A DNA stretch of 64,000 bases from Dehalococcoidia bacterium (GTDB taxonomy: Bacteria > Chloroflexota > Dehalococcoidia > Lucifugimonadales > Australimonadaceae), in contig CBDFLS010000002.1 in NCBI GenBank assembly GCA_965249185.1, forward strand, positions 461,594-525,593. Reading direction: 5' to 3'. The notes under the pieces were generated by a model. That model saw nothing but the letters and a program-made list of their open reading frames with translations, ran no database searches and had not been told where the DNA came from. This document shows, in pieces, positions 19,109-29,776 of the stretch; position 1 is the first letter of the stretch, and each line of letters starts with the position of its first letter. The position numbers were made by a program, and so were the translations under genes.

Positions 19109-19723
19109 CTACCGGCCGATTCCCATCCGCTTCTCGTAGACGCCGATGGCAGCCTCGTGCTCCAGGGTGAGGCCGATATCGTCCAGCCCGTTGAGCAGGC
19201 AGTGGCGGCGAAACTCGTGGACCTCGGGGCTCTCGTGGACTTTGAAGGCGATATCGAGGCCCTCCTTATCGCTCAATTGGCAGGACTCCAGATCCACGGT
19301 CAGCTCATAGCCCGTCTTCGCGTTCGCCTTCGCCATGAGCCGCCTGACCTGCTCTTCCGGCAATTGGACCGGCACGATGCCGTTATCGAAGCAGTTCTTG
19401 TGGAAGATCTCGGCGAAGCTGGGGGAGATGATGGCCCGAAAGCCGTAGTCCAGCAGCGCCCAGGGAGCGTGCTCCCGCGAGGAGCCACAGCCGAAGTTGC
19501 TCCCCGTGACCAGGATGCTGGCGCCCCGGTAGCTCGGTGCGTTGAGCACGAAGTCCTGGTTGGGCGAGCCGTCCGGCAGGAAGCGCCAGTCGAAGAAGAG
19601 GAACTGGCCGAAGCCGGTGCGCTCGATGCGCTTCAGGAACTGCTTGGGGATGATCTGGTCGGTGTCGACGTTCAGTCTATCCAGAGGCGCGACGATGCCG
19701 GTGTGGATGGTGAATGGTTCCAT
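19109..19723 (-). CDS. leuD: 3-isopropylmalate dehydratase small subunit
   Basis: [48 protein letters not shown]. Confidence 0.95.
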   Translation of the reverse strand: MEPFTIHTGIVAPLDRLNVDTDQIIPKQFLKRIERTGFGQFLFFDWRFLPDGSPNQDFVLNAPSYRGASILVTGSNFGCGSSREHAPWALLDYGFRAIISPSFAEIFHKNCFDNGIVPVQLPEEQVRRLMAKANAKTGYELTVDLESCQLSDKEGLDIAFKVHESPEVHEFRRHCLLNGLDDIGLTLEHEAAIGVYEKRMGIGR

Positions 19724-19857
19724 AATTCTCTACACTCCAATGTAAGTAGCTTCAGCGGCTTCTGTTACGGCTGTCAGCGGTCCGTTCGCCCTTCGAGCGC
19801 TTCTCCGATACGCGCTTCCTGGGAATGGCTATCGAGAGTCTCGCTGGTCCCGATCCC

Positions 19858-19923
19858 ATCGGTCCGGCCCGACCGTCCCGGCGGCGGGACTCCCCGGCTC
19901 GACCGGACTCCGGCGGACGGAGG
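19858..19923 (+). repeat. Dispersed GC-rich intergenic repeat, copy 2
   Basis: Matches 14537-14623 (see copy 1). Lies between leuD and the RmuC-like ORF inside the leu operon. Confidence 0.85.
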
Positions 19924-19962
19924 AATGAGCGGCGCATCATTGGTCAGGACGAACGGAGAGCA

Positions 19963-20559
19963 TCACTCCTCCGCCTCCGTCTCATCGTGCGCCTCCGTCT
20001 CATCGTGCGCCTCCATCCCATCGAGCAGCGCTGGCGCTTCCTCCTGCAGGCCCTCCAGCCGCAGCGTGGTGTCCAGGCGGCGCTTGAACCGCTCGATGTG
20101 TCCATCGCCGACGCGGTAGGCCTCCGCCGCTCGCTCGATGGCCTTGCCCATGTCCTGGTACCGGCCGTGGAACTTGCCGAAGTCGCGCTCCAGCGTTGCC
20201 AGTCCCTGTTGCAACTGCTTGGCGTTCCTGACGATCTCCACGCTCTTGATGCTCAAGATCACTACCTGCAGGAAGGCGTAGAAGGTGTTGGGCCCCACCG
20301 GGACCACGTGGTGGTCCTGGGCGTACTGCCAGATGGCGGAGGGGTGGCCGAGGTGGTTTTGCTCGGCGATGGTGTCTTTGGCGCCATCCATGCTCTGACG
20401 CGCCGCGTTCAGGTCGCCGTGGATGCTGCCCTGGAGGCTGAGGAACTCCTCCCGGAGCGATGCGTTCGCCTCCGCCGAGAGGCTGGCGCGCCGCCGCACC
20501 AGGGACCACGCCACCAGGACGATAAGCACGACGAGGGCGCCCAGGATGCCGGTCTGCAC
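19963..20559 (-). CDS. RmuC-related remnant: TM helix + short coil fused to the RmuC C-terminal tail, nuclease core absent
   Basis: 198 aa. GILGALVVLIVLVAWSLV (TM). HVVPVGPNTFYAFLQVVILSIKSVEIVRNAKQLQ..LERDFGKF resembles the conserved RmuC C-terminus. RmuC proteins are normally about 450 aa. Tail EAHDETEAHDETEAEE comes from an 18-nt duplication. Confidence 0.5.
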   Translation of the reverse strand: MQTGILGALVVLIVLVAWSLVRRRASLSAEANASLREEFLSLQGSIHGDLNAARQSMDGAKDTIAEQNHLGHPSAIWQYAQDHHVVPVGPNTFYAFLQVVILSIKSVEIVRNAKQLQQGLATLERDFGKFHGRYQDMGKAIERAAEAYRVGDGHIERFKRRLDTTLRLEGLQEEAPALLDGMEAHDETEAHDETEAEE

Positions 20560-20588
20560 CTTCGCTCCTTTGAGGCCCGCCGGTCAAC

Positions 20589-21998
20589 CTATGCGAACTC
20601 CCACTCCCTGATGTCCACCAGGTGGCCGGCGACGGCGGCCGCGGCCGCCATGGCGGGGCTCACCAGGTGGGTGCGGCCACCCTTGCCCTGGCGGCCCTCG
20701 AAGTTCCGGTTGGAGGTGGAGGCGCACCGCTCGCCGGGCTGCAGGAAGTCCGGGTTCATGCCCAGGCACATGGAGCAGCCCGCCTCGCGCCAGTCGAAGC
20801 CAGCCTCCTTGAACACCCGGTCGAGGCCCTCCCGCTCGGCCTGCTGCTTCACCGCGAAGGAGCCTGGCACCACCAGCGCCCATACGTCGGAGTGCACCTT
20901 CTTGCCTCTGGCCACGGTGGCGGCGGCGCGCAGGTCCTCGATCCGCGAGTTGGTGCAGGAGCCGATGAACACCCGGTTCAGCCGGACCTCCTGCATGGGC
21001 GTGCCGGGCGTGAGGTCCATGTACTCCAGCGCCCGCTGGGCCGACTCCCGCTCGTCGGCCGATTCGAAGGAGGCGGGGTCCGGGACGCTGCCGGTGATAG
21101 ACACCACCTGGCCGGGGTTGGTTCCCCAGGTCACTCGCGGCTCCAGCTTGCCGGCGTCGATTTCCACCACCTTATCGTAGACCGCGCCGGGGTCCGTGGG
21201 GAGCAGCCGCCAGCGCTCCACGGCGGCGTCGAAGTCGGCGCCCTGGGGCGCGTGGGGACGGCCGCGCATGTACTCGAAAGTCGTCTCGTCGGGGGCGATA
21301 ATGCCTGCTCGGGCCCCCGCCTCAATGGACATGTTGCAGACGGTCATCCTGCCCTCCATCGACAGGGAGCGGACGGCCTCGCCGGTGTACTCGATGACGT
21401 AGCCACGGCCACCGCTGACGCCTATCTGGCCGATGATGCCCAGGATAAGGTCCTTGGCCGTGACCCCGGGGGGCAGGGCGCCTTTTGCGCGCACCTCCAT
21501 GGTCTTCAGCTCGGACTGGGTCAGACACTGGGTGGCCAGCACCTGCTCGACCTGGGTGGTGCCAATGGGCATGGCGAAGGTGCCGAAGGCGCCGTTGGTG
21601 GCCGTGTGGCTGTCGCCGCACACGATGAGCATTCCGGGCTGCGTGTAGCCCTGCTCGGGACCGATGACGTGGACGATGCCCTGGTAGGGGCTGTGCATGT
21701 CGTAGAAGGTGAGGCCGAACTCGGCGGCGTTACGGGCCATGGCATCGAGCTGGATTCGCGAGACCTCGTCTTCGATGGGCAGCGAGCGGTCGGTGGTGGG
21801 CACGTTATGGTCGGCCACGGCCACGGTGAACTCGGGGCGGCGCACCGCGCGGCCCGCCGCCCGCAGGCCGTCGAAGGCTTGAGGCGAGGTCACCTCGTGG
21901 ACCAGGTGCAGGTCTACGTAGAGGAGGGCGGGCTCACCCTGCGCCTCCCGGACCACGTGCGCGTCCCAGATCTTTTCGAATATGGTCTTGGGGGCCAT
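20589..21998 (-). CDS. leuC: 3-isopropylmalate dehydratase large subunit
   Basis: Start [16 protein letters not shown] at ATG 21998. [68 protein letters not shown] (aconitase family). Confidence 0.95.
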   Translation of the reverse strand: MAPKTIFEKIWDAHVVREAQGEPALLYVDLHLVHEVTSPQAFDGLRAAGRAVRRPEFTVAVADHNVPTTDRSLPIEDEVSRIQLDAMARNAAEFGLTFYDMHSPYQGIVHVIGPEQGYTQPGMLIVCGDSHTATNGAFGTFAMPIGTTQVEQVLATQCLTQSELKTMEVRAKGALPPGVTAKDLILGIIGQIGVSGGRGYVIEYTGEAVRSLSMEGRMTVCNMSIEAGARAGIIAPDETTFEYMRGRPHAPQGADFDAAVERWRLLPTDPGAVYDKVVEIDAGKLEPRVTWGTNPGQVVSITGSVPDPASFESADERESAQRALEYMDLTPGTPMQEVRLNRVFIGSCTNSRIEDLRAAATVARGKKVHSDVWALVVPGSFAVKQQAEREGLDRVFKEAGFDWREAGCSMCLGMNPDFLQPGERCASTSNRNFEGRQGKGGRTHLVSPAMAAAAAVAGHLVDIREWEFA

Positions 21999-22138
21999 GA
22001 AGACCTCTCTCGTAGTGGGCTCAGGCGAAGCCAGGCCTATAGTCTGCCTATCATAAACGATGAGCGGCGCCTTGTGGATGCGGCCCCTGTCCAATACTCG
22101 CCGCGCGGCCGGCTGCGGGAATCGGCATCGGTGACGGC

Positions 22139-23692
22139 CTACGGCGTGACGGCCGCCTCGGGGCGTTTGGCGGTGTTGCCCATGGCCAGGAGCCGGTTCA
22201 GCGCGTTCATGTAGGCCCTGGCCGAGGCCACCAGGATATCGGTGTCGGCGCCTCGGCCGATGTAGGAACGTCCCTCCTGCTCGATGCGGATGCTCACCTG
22301 GCCCACGGCGTCGATGCCCTCGGTCACGGAGCTGACGCTGAACTCCGTGAGCTCGTTGGGCACCTGGACGATGCGGTTGATGGCCTGATAGACGGCGTCC
22401 ACCGGGCCGGCGCCCGTGGCGGCGTCGCTGTGGAGCGTGCCCTGGGGGTCGCGGAGGCGCACGGTGGCGGTGGCCACCGCGTGGTCGCCGCAGGTCACCT
22501 GCACGTGCTCCAGCGTGTACCGCTCGTCGAAGCTCTTGCGCCGGTCGCCCATGAGGGCAACCAGGTCCCGGTCGGTCACCTCGCGCTTCTTATCGGCCAG
22601 CTCCTTGAAGGAGCGGTAGATGTCCTTGAGCTCCTCGTCGGTGGGGGCATACCCCAGCTCCTGGAGGCGTGCACTGAGACCGTGGCGGCCGCTGAGCTTG
22701 CCCAGGACCAGCTCGCTGCGGGGCAGCCCCACCTGGAGCGGGTCCATGATCTCGTAGGTGGTGCGCTCCTTGAGCAGGCCGTCCTGGTGGATGCCGGAGG
22801 CGTGGCGGAAGGCGTTGCCGCCCACGACGGCCTTGTTGGGCTGCACGGCGAAGCCGGTGATCTGGCTGACCAGACGGCTGGTGAGATGGAGCTGGGTGGT
22901 GTCGATGCCGGTGTCCACACCGAAGTAGTCGGTGCGGGTGCGCAGCGCCATGATCACCTCTTCCGTGGCGCAGTTGCCTGCCCGCTCGCCGATGCCGTTG
23001 ATGCACCCCTCCACCTGCCGGGCGCCGGCCTTCACCGCCGCCAGGCTGTTGGACACGGCCATGCCCAGGTCGTCGTGGCAGTGGACCGAGAGGCGCACCG
23101 TGTCGCCCAGGGCGGGTACGCGCAGGCGGAGGAACTCGATGAGCGACGCAAACTCGCCGGGGATGGCGTAGCCGACGGTGTCGGGGATGTTGATGGTGGT
23201 GGCGCCCGCCTCGATGGCCGCCGAGACCAGGTGCGCCAGGTAATCGCGGTCTGTGCGGGTGGCGTCCATGGGCGAGAACTCCACGTCGTCGCAGTAGCCG
23301 CGGGCCCTGCTCACGTTGGCCACCGCCAGCTCCACCACCTCCTCCCGGTTCTTCTTGAGCTGGTGCATCAGGTGGACGTCGGAGCTGGAGAGGAAGACGT
23401 GGATCCGGGGATGGGCCGCGTCCTTGAGGGACTCCCAGGCCCGGTCCACGGCCTGGGGGTTGGCGTGGGCCAGGGCGGCGATGATGGGGCGGCGCACCTC
23501 GCGGGCAATGGTCTGCACCGCCTCGAAGTCGCCCTCGGAGCTGATGGGGAACCCCGCTTCCAGGACGTCCACGCCCAGGCGGTCGAGCTGACGCGCCAGC
23601 TCAAGCTTCTCGTCCACCGTCATGGACGTGCCCGCCGACTGCTCGCCATCGCGCAGCGTCGTATCGAAGATCAGCACCCTGTCGTCGCCCAT
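22139..23692 (-). CDS. leuA: 2-isopropylmalate synthase
   Basis: [70 protein letters not shown]-terminal LeuA dimerisation/regulatory domain. Confidence 0.95.
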   Translation of the reverse strand: MGDDRVLIFDTTLRDGEQSAGTSMTVDEKLELARQLDRLGVDVLEAGFPISSEGDFEAVQTIAREVRRPIIAALAHANPQAVDRAWESLKDAAHPRIHVFLSSSDVHLMHQLKKNREEVVELAVANVSRARGYCDDVEFSPMDATRTDRDYLAHLVSAAIEAGATTINIPDTVGYAIPGEFASLIEFLRLRVPALGDTVRLSVHCHDDLGMAVSNSLAAVKAGARQVEGCINGIGERAGNCATEEVIMALRTRTDYFGVDTGIDTTQLHLTSRLVSQITGFAVQPNKAVVGGNAFRHASGIHQDGLLKERTTYEIMDPLQVGLPRSELVLGKLSGRHGLSARLQELGYAPTDEELKDIYRSFKELADKKREVTDRDLVALMGDRRKSFDERYTLEHVQVTCGDHAVATATVRLRDPQGTLHSDAATGAGPVDAVYQAINRIVQVPNELTEFSVSSVTEGIDAVGQVSIRIEQEGRSYIGRGADTDILVASARAYMNALNRLLAMGNTAKRPEAAVTP

Positions 23693-23732
23693 GGCTACCG
23701 CTCCTTGCCCGCCGTGCCGCTCCCCCGCCGTG

Positions 23733-24728
23733 TTACTTCTTCTTCAGGAAGCTCATCATCTGCCGGAGATTGGCGCCCACCTCCTCGATCTGGTGGTCGG
23801 CGTCGACCTGGCGAAGGGCCTTGAAGCGGGGCAGCCCCTCCTCATTCTCGGCGATCCACTCCTTGGCGAAGGTGCCGTCCTGGATCTCGGCCAGCACCTG
23901 CTTCATGGAGGCGCGAACCTGCTCGTCCACGATCCGGGGGCCGCGGGTGTAGTCGCCGAACTCCGCCGTGTCGCTGATGGAGTAGCGCATGTACTTCATG
24001 CCGCCCTCGTACATCAGGTCCACGATGAGCTTCAGCTCGTGGAGCACCTCGAAGTAGGCGATCTCGGGCTGGTAGCCCGCCTCCACCAGCGTCTCGAACC
24101 CCGCTTTTACCAGCGACGAGATGCCGCCGCAGAGCACCGTCTGCTCGCCGAACAGGTCCGTCTCCGTCTCCTCCTGGAAGGTGGAGCCGATGATGCCCGC
24201 CCGCAGGCAGCCGACGCCGGCGCCGTAGTCCAGGGCGGTCTGGAGCGCGTTGCCCGTGGCGTCCTGGTGGATGGCCACGATGGCCGGCACGCCGGAGTCC
24301 TCGGTGAACACCTCCCGCATCCGGTGGCCGGGCGCCTTGGGTGCGATCATGGACACGTCCACGTCGGGCGGCGGCACGATCTCCTTGTAGTGGATGTTGA
24401 AGCCGTGGGCGAACATGAGCATCTTACCGCTGTCCAGGAAGGGCTCTATCGACTCGCGGTAGAGCCGGGCCTGGGCCGTGTCCGGCACCAGCATCATGAG
24501 GATGTCGCATACCTTGGTGACGGCATCGGGAGTGTCGACCGCGAGGCCCTCGGCCTCGGCCTTGGCCTGGCTCTTGCTGCCGGGGTAGAGCCCCACCATC
24601 ACGTCGCAGCCGCTGTCCTTCAGGTTCAGGGCGTGGGCATGGCCCTGACTGCCGTAGCCCAGAATGCCGATACGCTTGCTCTTCAAGCGTTCGATATCCG
24701 CGTCCTTCTCATAGTAGATAGTCGCCAT
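23733..24728 (-). CDS. ilvC: Ketol-acid reductoisomerase (class I)
   Basis: Start [12 protein letters not shown] at ATG 24728. [51 protein letters not shown]. Confidence 0.95.
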   Translation of the reverse strand: MATIYYEKDADIERLKSKRIGILGYGSQGHAHALNLKDSGCDVMVGLYPGSKSQAKAEAEGLAVDTPDAVTKVCDILMMLVPDTAQARLYRESIEPFLDSGKMLMFAHGFNIHYKEIVPPPDVDVSMIAPKAPGHRMREVFTEDSGVPAIVAIHQDATGNALQTALDYGAGVGCLRAGIIGSTFQEETETDLFGEQTVLCGGISSLVKAGFETLVEAGYQPEIAYFEVLHELKLIVDLMYEGGMKYMRYSISDTAEFGDYTRGPRIVDEQVRASMKQVLAEIQDGTFAKEWIAENEEGLPRFKALRQVDADHQIEEVGANLRQMMSFLKKK

Positions 24729-25045
24729 GAAATACTCCTCGGTTTGTGTGTTCGTACCCAGTTTCTTTCCACCCACTCGCCCTACGAGACTGAAGAGAGG
24801 GGGATACCCCCTAAACCCCCAGCAGGGGGCTCTGCCCTCCGCACTCCCGTTGCGGCCGTTGGGTGGCCTTCGCTGTGCATTTTAGATGGTTCTGCCTGAA
24901 GGTCCTGCCTGAACGTATAGGTGAACTCGCCTCCCTTGGCTGGGTACTTACGCAATCTCTTCCGCCGATGGAGTTTGGCTGGTTGAAATCGTTCCATGCA
25001 GCTCTCCGGTCAGGGGCCGTGCTCCAGTCAGGGGCGGTGCTCCGG

Positions 25046-25606
25046 TCAGGGCACGGCCTCCACGTCCGGCGCGCTCTTGCCGTCGGTGGCAGGGGCCGCG
25101 GGCCTGCCGCCGGTGGTGGAGGGCCCCCGCTCCATGGCCACCCGGCCGGTGCGCATCATCTCCCGGATGCCGAAGTCCTTCAAGAGAAGGACAAGCGAGT
25201 CGATTTTCTCCTCGTCACCCGTTGCTTCAATAATGAGTGTGTCGGCTGCCACGTCCACGATGTTGGCGCGGAAGAGGTCCACCATCTGGATGAGCTCGCT
25301 GCGGTTGGCGGCCGACGCCTTGACCTTGATGAGGGCCAGTTCCCGGGAGACCATCTTCTCCTTGGAGATGTTGCTGACCCGCACCACATCGACGAGCTTG
25401 TAGAGCTGCTTGGTCACCTGCTCCACGATGTCCTCTTCCCCGTGGACCACGAAGGTCATCCGCGAGAGGTTGGGCAGCTCGCTGTGGCCCACCGCCAAAC
25501 TGGAGATGTTGAACCCGCGCCGGCGGAACATGCCGGCCACTCTGGCCAGCACGCCGGGCTTGTCCTCCACCAGCGCCGTGATGGTGTGGTCAACTATCGC
25601 TGTCAT
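25046..25606 (-). CDS. ilvN: Acetolactate synthase small (regulatory) subunit
   Basis: Start [40 protein letters not shown] (ACT domain). ATGA overlap with the ilvB stop. The ORF-track N-terminal extension lies inside ilvB. Confidence 0.9.
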   Translation of the reverse strand: MTAIVDHTITALVEDKPGVLARVAGMFRRRGFNISSLAVGHSELPNLSRMTFVVHGEEDIVEQVTKQLYKLVDVVRVSNISKEKMVSRELALIKVKASAANRSELIQMVDLFRANIVDVAADTLIIEATGDEEKIDSLVLLLKDFGIREMMRTGRVAMERGPSTTGGRPAAPATDGKSAPDVEAVP

Positions 25607-27321
25607 CGCTTCACTTTGCTGGACTCCGGATCGGGGCTGGACTCCGGCTCGGGCTCCTCCAGCATCTCCGCCACGCTCCCTCCGGCGGGGACGTGGGGAT
25701 AGACGTTCTCCTCCCGCTCCACCTGGAAGTCGATGAGGGCGGGGCCAGGATGGGCCATGGCGTCCTTGATAGCCCCTCGGACCTGGGCCTTGTCGGTGAC
25801 CCGGCAGGCCCACAGGCCGAAGGCCTCGGCCAGCTTCACGAAGTCGGGGTTGCGGGTGTACTCCACGGCCACCCGCACGCGGTTGAAGAAGAGGTCCTGG
25901 AGCTGGCGGACCGCCCCCAGGGTGTTGTTGTTGATCAGCGCGAACTTCACCGGCAACTGGTGTTCCGCGATGGTGGCCAGCTCGGCCATGGTCATCTGAA
26001 ACCCGCCGTCGCCCGCAATGCTCCACACCGTCCTGTCGGGCCTGGCCATCTGGGCGCCCATGGCCGCGGGCACCTCGTATCCCATGGTGCCCAGCCCTCC
26101 GGAGGTGAGCCACCCGGTGGAGTCGCTGAAACTATAGTGCTGGGCCGCCCACATCTGGTGCTGGCCCACCCCGGTCACCAGGATAACGTCGCCCTTGGTC
26201 ACGTCGGAGAGCTCGCGGATGACGAATTGGGGGAGGAGCTTCTCCGTGTCCCGGACGAGGTCCGAGGGGCGCTCCTTCCGCATCTCGTCGATCTCCCGCA
26301 ACCACTCGGTGTGCGTGGCCTGCTCCACTTCCAGGGCCAGCGCGTGGAGCACCCGCTTGGCATCGCCCACGATGGGGACGGTGACCCGCACGTTCTTGCC
26401 CACCTCGGCTGGGTCGATGTCGATGTGGATGACCCTGGCGTTGGGAGCGAAGGCGCTGAGACGGCCCGTGACCCGGTCGTCGAAGCGCATGCCCACGGCG
26501 ATCAGCAGGTCGGCGCGGTCGATGGCGTGGTTGTTGAAGGCCATGCCGTGCATCCCCGGCATGCCCATACTGAGGACGTGCGCTTCGTGGAAGGAGCCGA
26601 TGCCCAGCAGGGTGGTGATGACGGGAGTCTGGGCCTTTTCCGCCAGCTCCCGGAGCTCGGCGCGGGCCCCGGAGATAACCACGCCGTGGCCGGCCAGGAC
26701 CAGCGGACGCTCCGATTCCTTGATCAGCCGGGCGGCCCGCTTGATCATCTGGCCATGGCCCTCGGTGGTTGGCCTGTAGCCCCGCAGCTTCACCGTCTCC
26801 GGGTACTCGAACTCCGCCAGCTCCGTGAGCACGTCGCGGGGGACGTCGATGAGCACCGGCCCCGGCCGGCCAGTGGCGGCGATGTGGAACGCCTCTTTAA
26901 CGGTCTGGGCGAGCTCCGAGGCCGCCATGACCAGGTAGTTGTGCTTGGTGATGGGCAGCGTGATGCCCGTGGTGTCGGTCTCCTGGAAGGCGTCCCGGCC
27001 GATGGCGGCTCGCGGCACCTGGCCGGTGAAGGCCACCACGGGCACCGAGTCCATCATGGCGGTGGCCAGGGGTGTGACCAGGTTGGTGGCGCCGGGCCCC
27101 GAGGTGGCCACGCACACGCCCACCTTTCCCGACGCCCGGGCATAGCCGTCGGCGGCGTGGCCCGCGCCTTGCTCGTGGCGCACCAGGATATGCCGGAGCT
27201 GGGGGTATTCGGGCAGGGTCTGGTAGAGGGGCAGGATGGCCCCTCCCGGCAGCCCGAACATGACCTCCACTCCCTCTTTGAGGAGGCACTCGCAGATGAT
27301 CTGGGCGCCGGTCAGCTTCAT
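25603..27321 (-). CDS. ilvB: Acetolactate synthase large (catalytic) subunit
   Basis: [79 protein letters not shown] (ThDP motif). Confidence 0.95.
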   Translation of the reverse strand: MKLTGAQIICECLLKEGVEVMFGLPGGAILPLYQTLPEYPQLRHILVRHEQGAGHAADGYARASGKVGVCVATSGPGATNLVTPLATAMMDSVPVVAFTGQVPRAAIGRDAFQETDTTGITLPITKHNYLVMAASELAQTVKEAFHIAATGRPGPVLIDVPRDVLTELAEFEYPETVKLRGYRPTTEGHGQMIKRAARLIKESERPLVLAGHGVVISGARAELRELAEKAQTPVITTLLGIGSFHEAHVLSMGMPGMHGMAFNNHAIDRADLLIAVGMRFDDRVTGRLSAFAPNARVIHIDIDPAEVGKNVRVTVPIVGDAKRVLHALALEVEQATHTEWLREIDEMRKERPSDLVRDTEKLLPQFVIRELSDVTKGDVILVTGVGQHQMWAAQHYSFSDSTGWLTSGGLGTMGYEVPAAMGAQMARPDRTVWSIAGDGGFQMTMAELATIAEHQLPVKFALINNNTLGAVRQLQDLFFNRVRVAVEYTRNPDFVKLAEAFGLWACRVTDKAQVRGAIKDAMAHPGPALIDFQVEREENVYPHVPAGGSVAEMLEEPEPESSPDPESSKVKR

Positions 27322-27495
27322 GGCTCTCGCTCCGTAGGGTTGGTGTCGCTAAACAAAAAGCCCCGTCCCACGTAAGGGACGGGACGTTGGCTCCCGCGGT
27401 GCCACCCTGTTCCAGCCGTGGCGGGACAACTCTTTGCCCCGTAACGATGTGCTCCGCCGCCCTGCTTCCCTTCGTCGCAGCATCTGCTGCGAGGC
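27322..27495 (-). promoter_or_regulatory. T-box-type terminator/antiterminator leader of the ilv-leu operon
   Basis: Minus strand: AACAGGGUGGCACCGCGGGAG (T-box core = plus 27395-27407, 12/13 to GGGUGGUACCGCG), then CCCGUCCC-UUACGU-GGGACGGG + CUUUUUGUUU (plus 27355-27384). The Stem I/specifier is not clearly recognisable. Confidence 0.65.
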
Positions 27496-27501
27496 TGCAA
27501 T

Positions 27502-27531
27502 AGTCTAGCATGCCACGAACGGGAGTGTCAA
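27502..27531 (-). promoter_or_regulatory. Candidate sigma70-type promoter of ilvB leader
   Basis: Minus strand: TTGACA (27531-27526), 18 nt spacer ending in TGC, TAGACT (27507-27502). Confidence 0.5.
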
Positions 27532-27580
27532 CGCGCGAGGCGGTGAGCGGGGCCCTCGCCCCGGCCGTCCGCCGTTCTCC

Positions 27581-28321
27581 TTGTCCGCATCGTGGCGGCC
27601 TGCTAGCATGGTTGTAATCGTCCTTCCGGTGATACTCATGCTGGAACAACCTCCGCAGCGGGCCGAGCTCATGCCGGCGGTCCCGTGGGGCCCTGGGCGG
27701 GTGGGGCTGGCCCTGCTGGCGCTGCTCTTCCTGTGGGGCGTGGGTGGCGGTCTGGTCGTGGCCTTCTCCGGCGGCCTCGATTCCTCCGCGCTCCACTTTG
27801 TGGCTATCGCGCTGTTGGCGGAGGGTAGCTTCCTGCTGGTGGCCTGGTGGTTTGGGCCAGGGTTCAGGACCGTTTCCCTATCGCTGTTGGGGTTCCGCCG
27901 GGGCCGGGGCAACCTGGTGGGCTGGGCGGTGGTGGCGCTGTTGGCAAGCCTCTCGTTGAACGTGCTCTATGCGCTGCTGGCGCCGGACCGGCTGCTGCCC
28001 CCTCCGTTGCCCGCGGAGGTGCGGGCCGCGGAGACGCTGGTGCCCGCTATTCTGGCCATCGTGCTCCTGGCCCCCCTGGCCGAGGAGGCGTTCTTCCGGG
28101 GTTTCGCCTACCCCGGGCTGGCCAAGCGTTGGGGGGTGTGGGGCGGGGCCGCCGGCAGCTCGGTGATCTTTGCATCGAGCCACGGTTCGGTGGGTCTGCT
28201 GGTGCCGGCCTTCATGAGCGGCATGGTGCTGGTCTGGGTGTACGGGCGCACAGGCTCCCTCTGGCCGGGCATCCTGGCCCACGCCGCCCAAAATGGGATC
28301 GCCATGGCCGTGCCGAGTTGA
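27581..28321 (+). CDS. CPBP-family intramembrane glutamic endopeptidase (CAAX protease-like)
   Basis: Polytopic. Motif 1 LAPLAEEAFFRGF, motif 2 FASSH, motif 3 ILAHAAQN. The start could instead be at MLEQPP. Confidence 0.8.
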   Translation: MSASWRPASMVVIVLPVILMLEQPPQRAELMPAVPWGPGRVGLALLALLFLWGVGGGLVVAFSGGLDSSALHFVAIALLAEGSFLLVAWWFGPGFRTVSLSLLGFRRGRGNLVGWAVVALLASLSLNVLYALLAPDRLLPPPLPAEVRAAETLVPAILAIVLLAPLAEEAFFRGFAYPGLAKRWGVWGGAAGSSVIFASSHGSVGLLVPAFMSGMVLVWVYGRTGSLWPGILAHAAQNGIAMAVPS

Positions 28322-28327
28322 GCCCTC

Positions 28328-29125
28328 ATGACTAAGCGCATGACAGAGGCTATGAAGCGGCTGGAGGACGAGCACCGCACCGGCGTCTTCCCCTATCTCA
28401 CCGTGGGCTTTCCCTCGGTGGAGGAGACGTTGGCGTTGGTCCCCGCCCTGGCCGAGGCGGGCGCCGACCTGGTGGAGCTGGGCATCCCCTTCAGCGACCC
28501 GATGGCCGAAGGCCCAACAATCCAGGCATCCAGCTTTCACGCGCTCCAGCAAGGGGTGACCCTAGCCCGCTGCCTGGAGGTGTGCCGCACCCTTCGCGAG
28601 CGCGGCTTGACCATCCCTATAGTTTTCATGGGCTATTACAATCCGCTGCTCAGCTACGGCCTCTCGGCTTTCGCCCAAGAGGCCGCCGACGCGGGCGCAG
28701 ACGGCGTTATCGTGCCGGATCTTCCTCTCGAGGAGTCGGCGCTCCTGGGGGAGCAGCTCCGGGCCCGGAAGCTCAGCCTCATCAGCATGCTTGCCCCAAC
28801 CAGCACCGACGAGCGGATCGCCGAGGCGTGCGCCCAGGCCGATGGATTCATCTACTGCGTCAGCGTGGCGGGGGTGACCGGCGCGCGGACCGATGTGCCC
28901 TCCAGCGCCATCGAGCTGCTCCGGCGCGTCCGCCGTCACACCTCCCTCCCGCTGGCCCTGGGGTTCGGCGTGTCGGAGCGCCGACACGTGGAGGCAGTCG
29001 GTGGCCACGCCCAGGCGGTCGCGGTGGGCAGCGCGCTCATCAACGTGATACACTCGGCGCCTCCGAACGAACGACTGGACCGGGCCGCCCGGTTTATCGC
29101 GGAGCTGGGCGGCCCATCCCGATGA
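28328..29125 (+). CDS. trpA: Tryptophan synthase alpha chain
   Basis: FPYLTVGFPS, ADLVELGIPFSDPMAEGPTIQ, IVFMGYYNP, DGVIVPDLPLEE, LAPTSTDERI, GFIYCVSVAGVTG, LGFGVS. Confidence 0.9.
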   Translation: MTKRMTEAMKRLEDEHRTGVFPYLTVGFPSVEETLALVPALAEAGADLVELGIPFSDPMAEGPTIQASSFHALQQGVTLARCLEVCRTLRERGLTIPIVFMGYYNPLLSYGLSAFAQEAADAGADGVIVPDLPLEESALLGEQLRARKLSLISMLAPTSTDERIAEACAQADGFIYCVSVAGVTGARTDVPSSAIELLRRVRRHTSLPLALGFGVSERRHVEAVGGHAQAVAVGSALINVIHSAPPNERLDRAARFIAELGGPSR

Positions 29126-29144
29126 GCGGCGTCAGGATGCAGAG

Positions 29145-29519
29145 ATGAGCTCCACCTGCTTGGGCCTTCGCGGCGCCACCACCGTCGACTCCAACACCAA
29201 AGAGGCCATCGTGGAGGCCACGGAGGAGCTGCTCCGGGAGTTGGTGGCGCTCAACGGCCTTGCGGAGGAGGACGTAGCTGCGATATTCTTTACAACGACC
29301 AAGGACGTGAACGCCGAGTTCCCGGCGGTCGCCGCCCGGGTCCGGCTGGGGTGGACCGACACCGCGATGATGAGCGCTCACGAGATAGATGTGGCGGACG
29401 GGACGCCCTCGGTTATCCGGGTCCTGTTGTTGGTGAATACAGAGAAGAGCAAGGGCGATCTGGCCCACGTCTATCTGAGAAACGCCCGCCATCTGCGGGA
29501 CCGAGGGGTAGCATCTTGA
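29145..29519 (+). CDS. aroH: Chorismate mutase, AroH class
   Basis: LRGATTVDSNTKEAIVEATEELL, FFTTTKDVNAEFPA, IRVLLLVNT, HVYL..A..LR. Collinear with B. subtilis AroH. Confidence 0.85.
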   Translation: MSSTCLGLRGATTVDSNTKEAIVEATEELLRELVALNGLAEEDVAAIFFTTTKDVNAEFPAVAARVRLGWTDTAMMSAHEIDVADGTPSVIRVLLLVNTEKSKGDLAHVYLRNARHLRDRGVAS

Positions 29520-29776
29520 CGAACGTTTCGGGCGTGTGCGCGGACGGCGGGCCGGCGCTTCGGAGCAGAGGCGTCTGGACATCGAGCCACGCCCGCCTCT
29601 CTCCCCTGTTTACGCCGCGGGAGCCTCTGGCCCTTCACACCTCGTCCGGCGCTCTCCTGAAGAGGTATACGGGGGTGGCTCCCGCCACTGGCACTGTCGC
29701 CGGCGTGTATCGCTAGCGCGACACCCATCCCCGCTCAGCGCAATAGTCTGCGTGGACGAGTCGAAAGGACTGCGCC

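Noticed and set aside
29668-29700. T-box upstream of the DAHP synthase gene (ACGGGGGTGGCTCCCGCC)
   Set aside because: The match to GGGUGGUACCGCG is partial only, no downstream terminator or clear SD-sequestering helix is present, and no Stem I motifs were found. It is kept only as a generic structured-leader observation.
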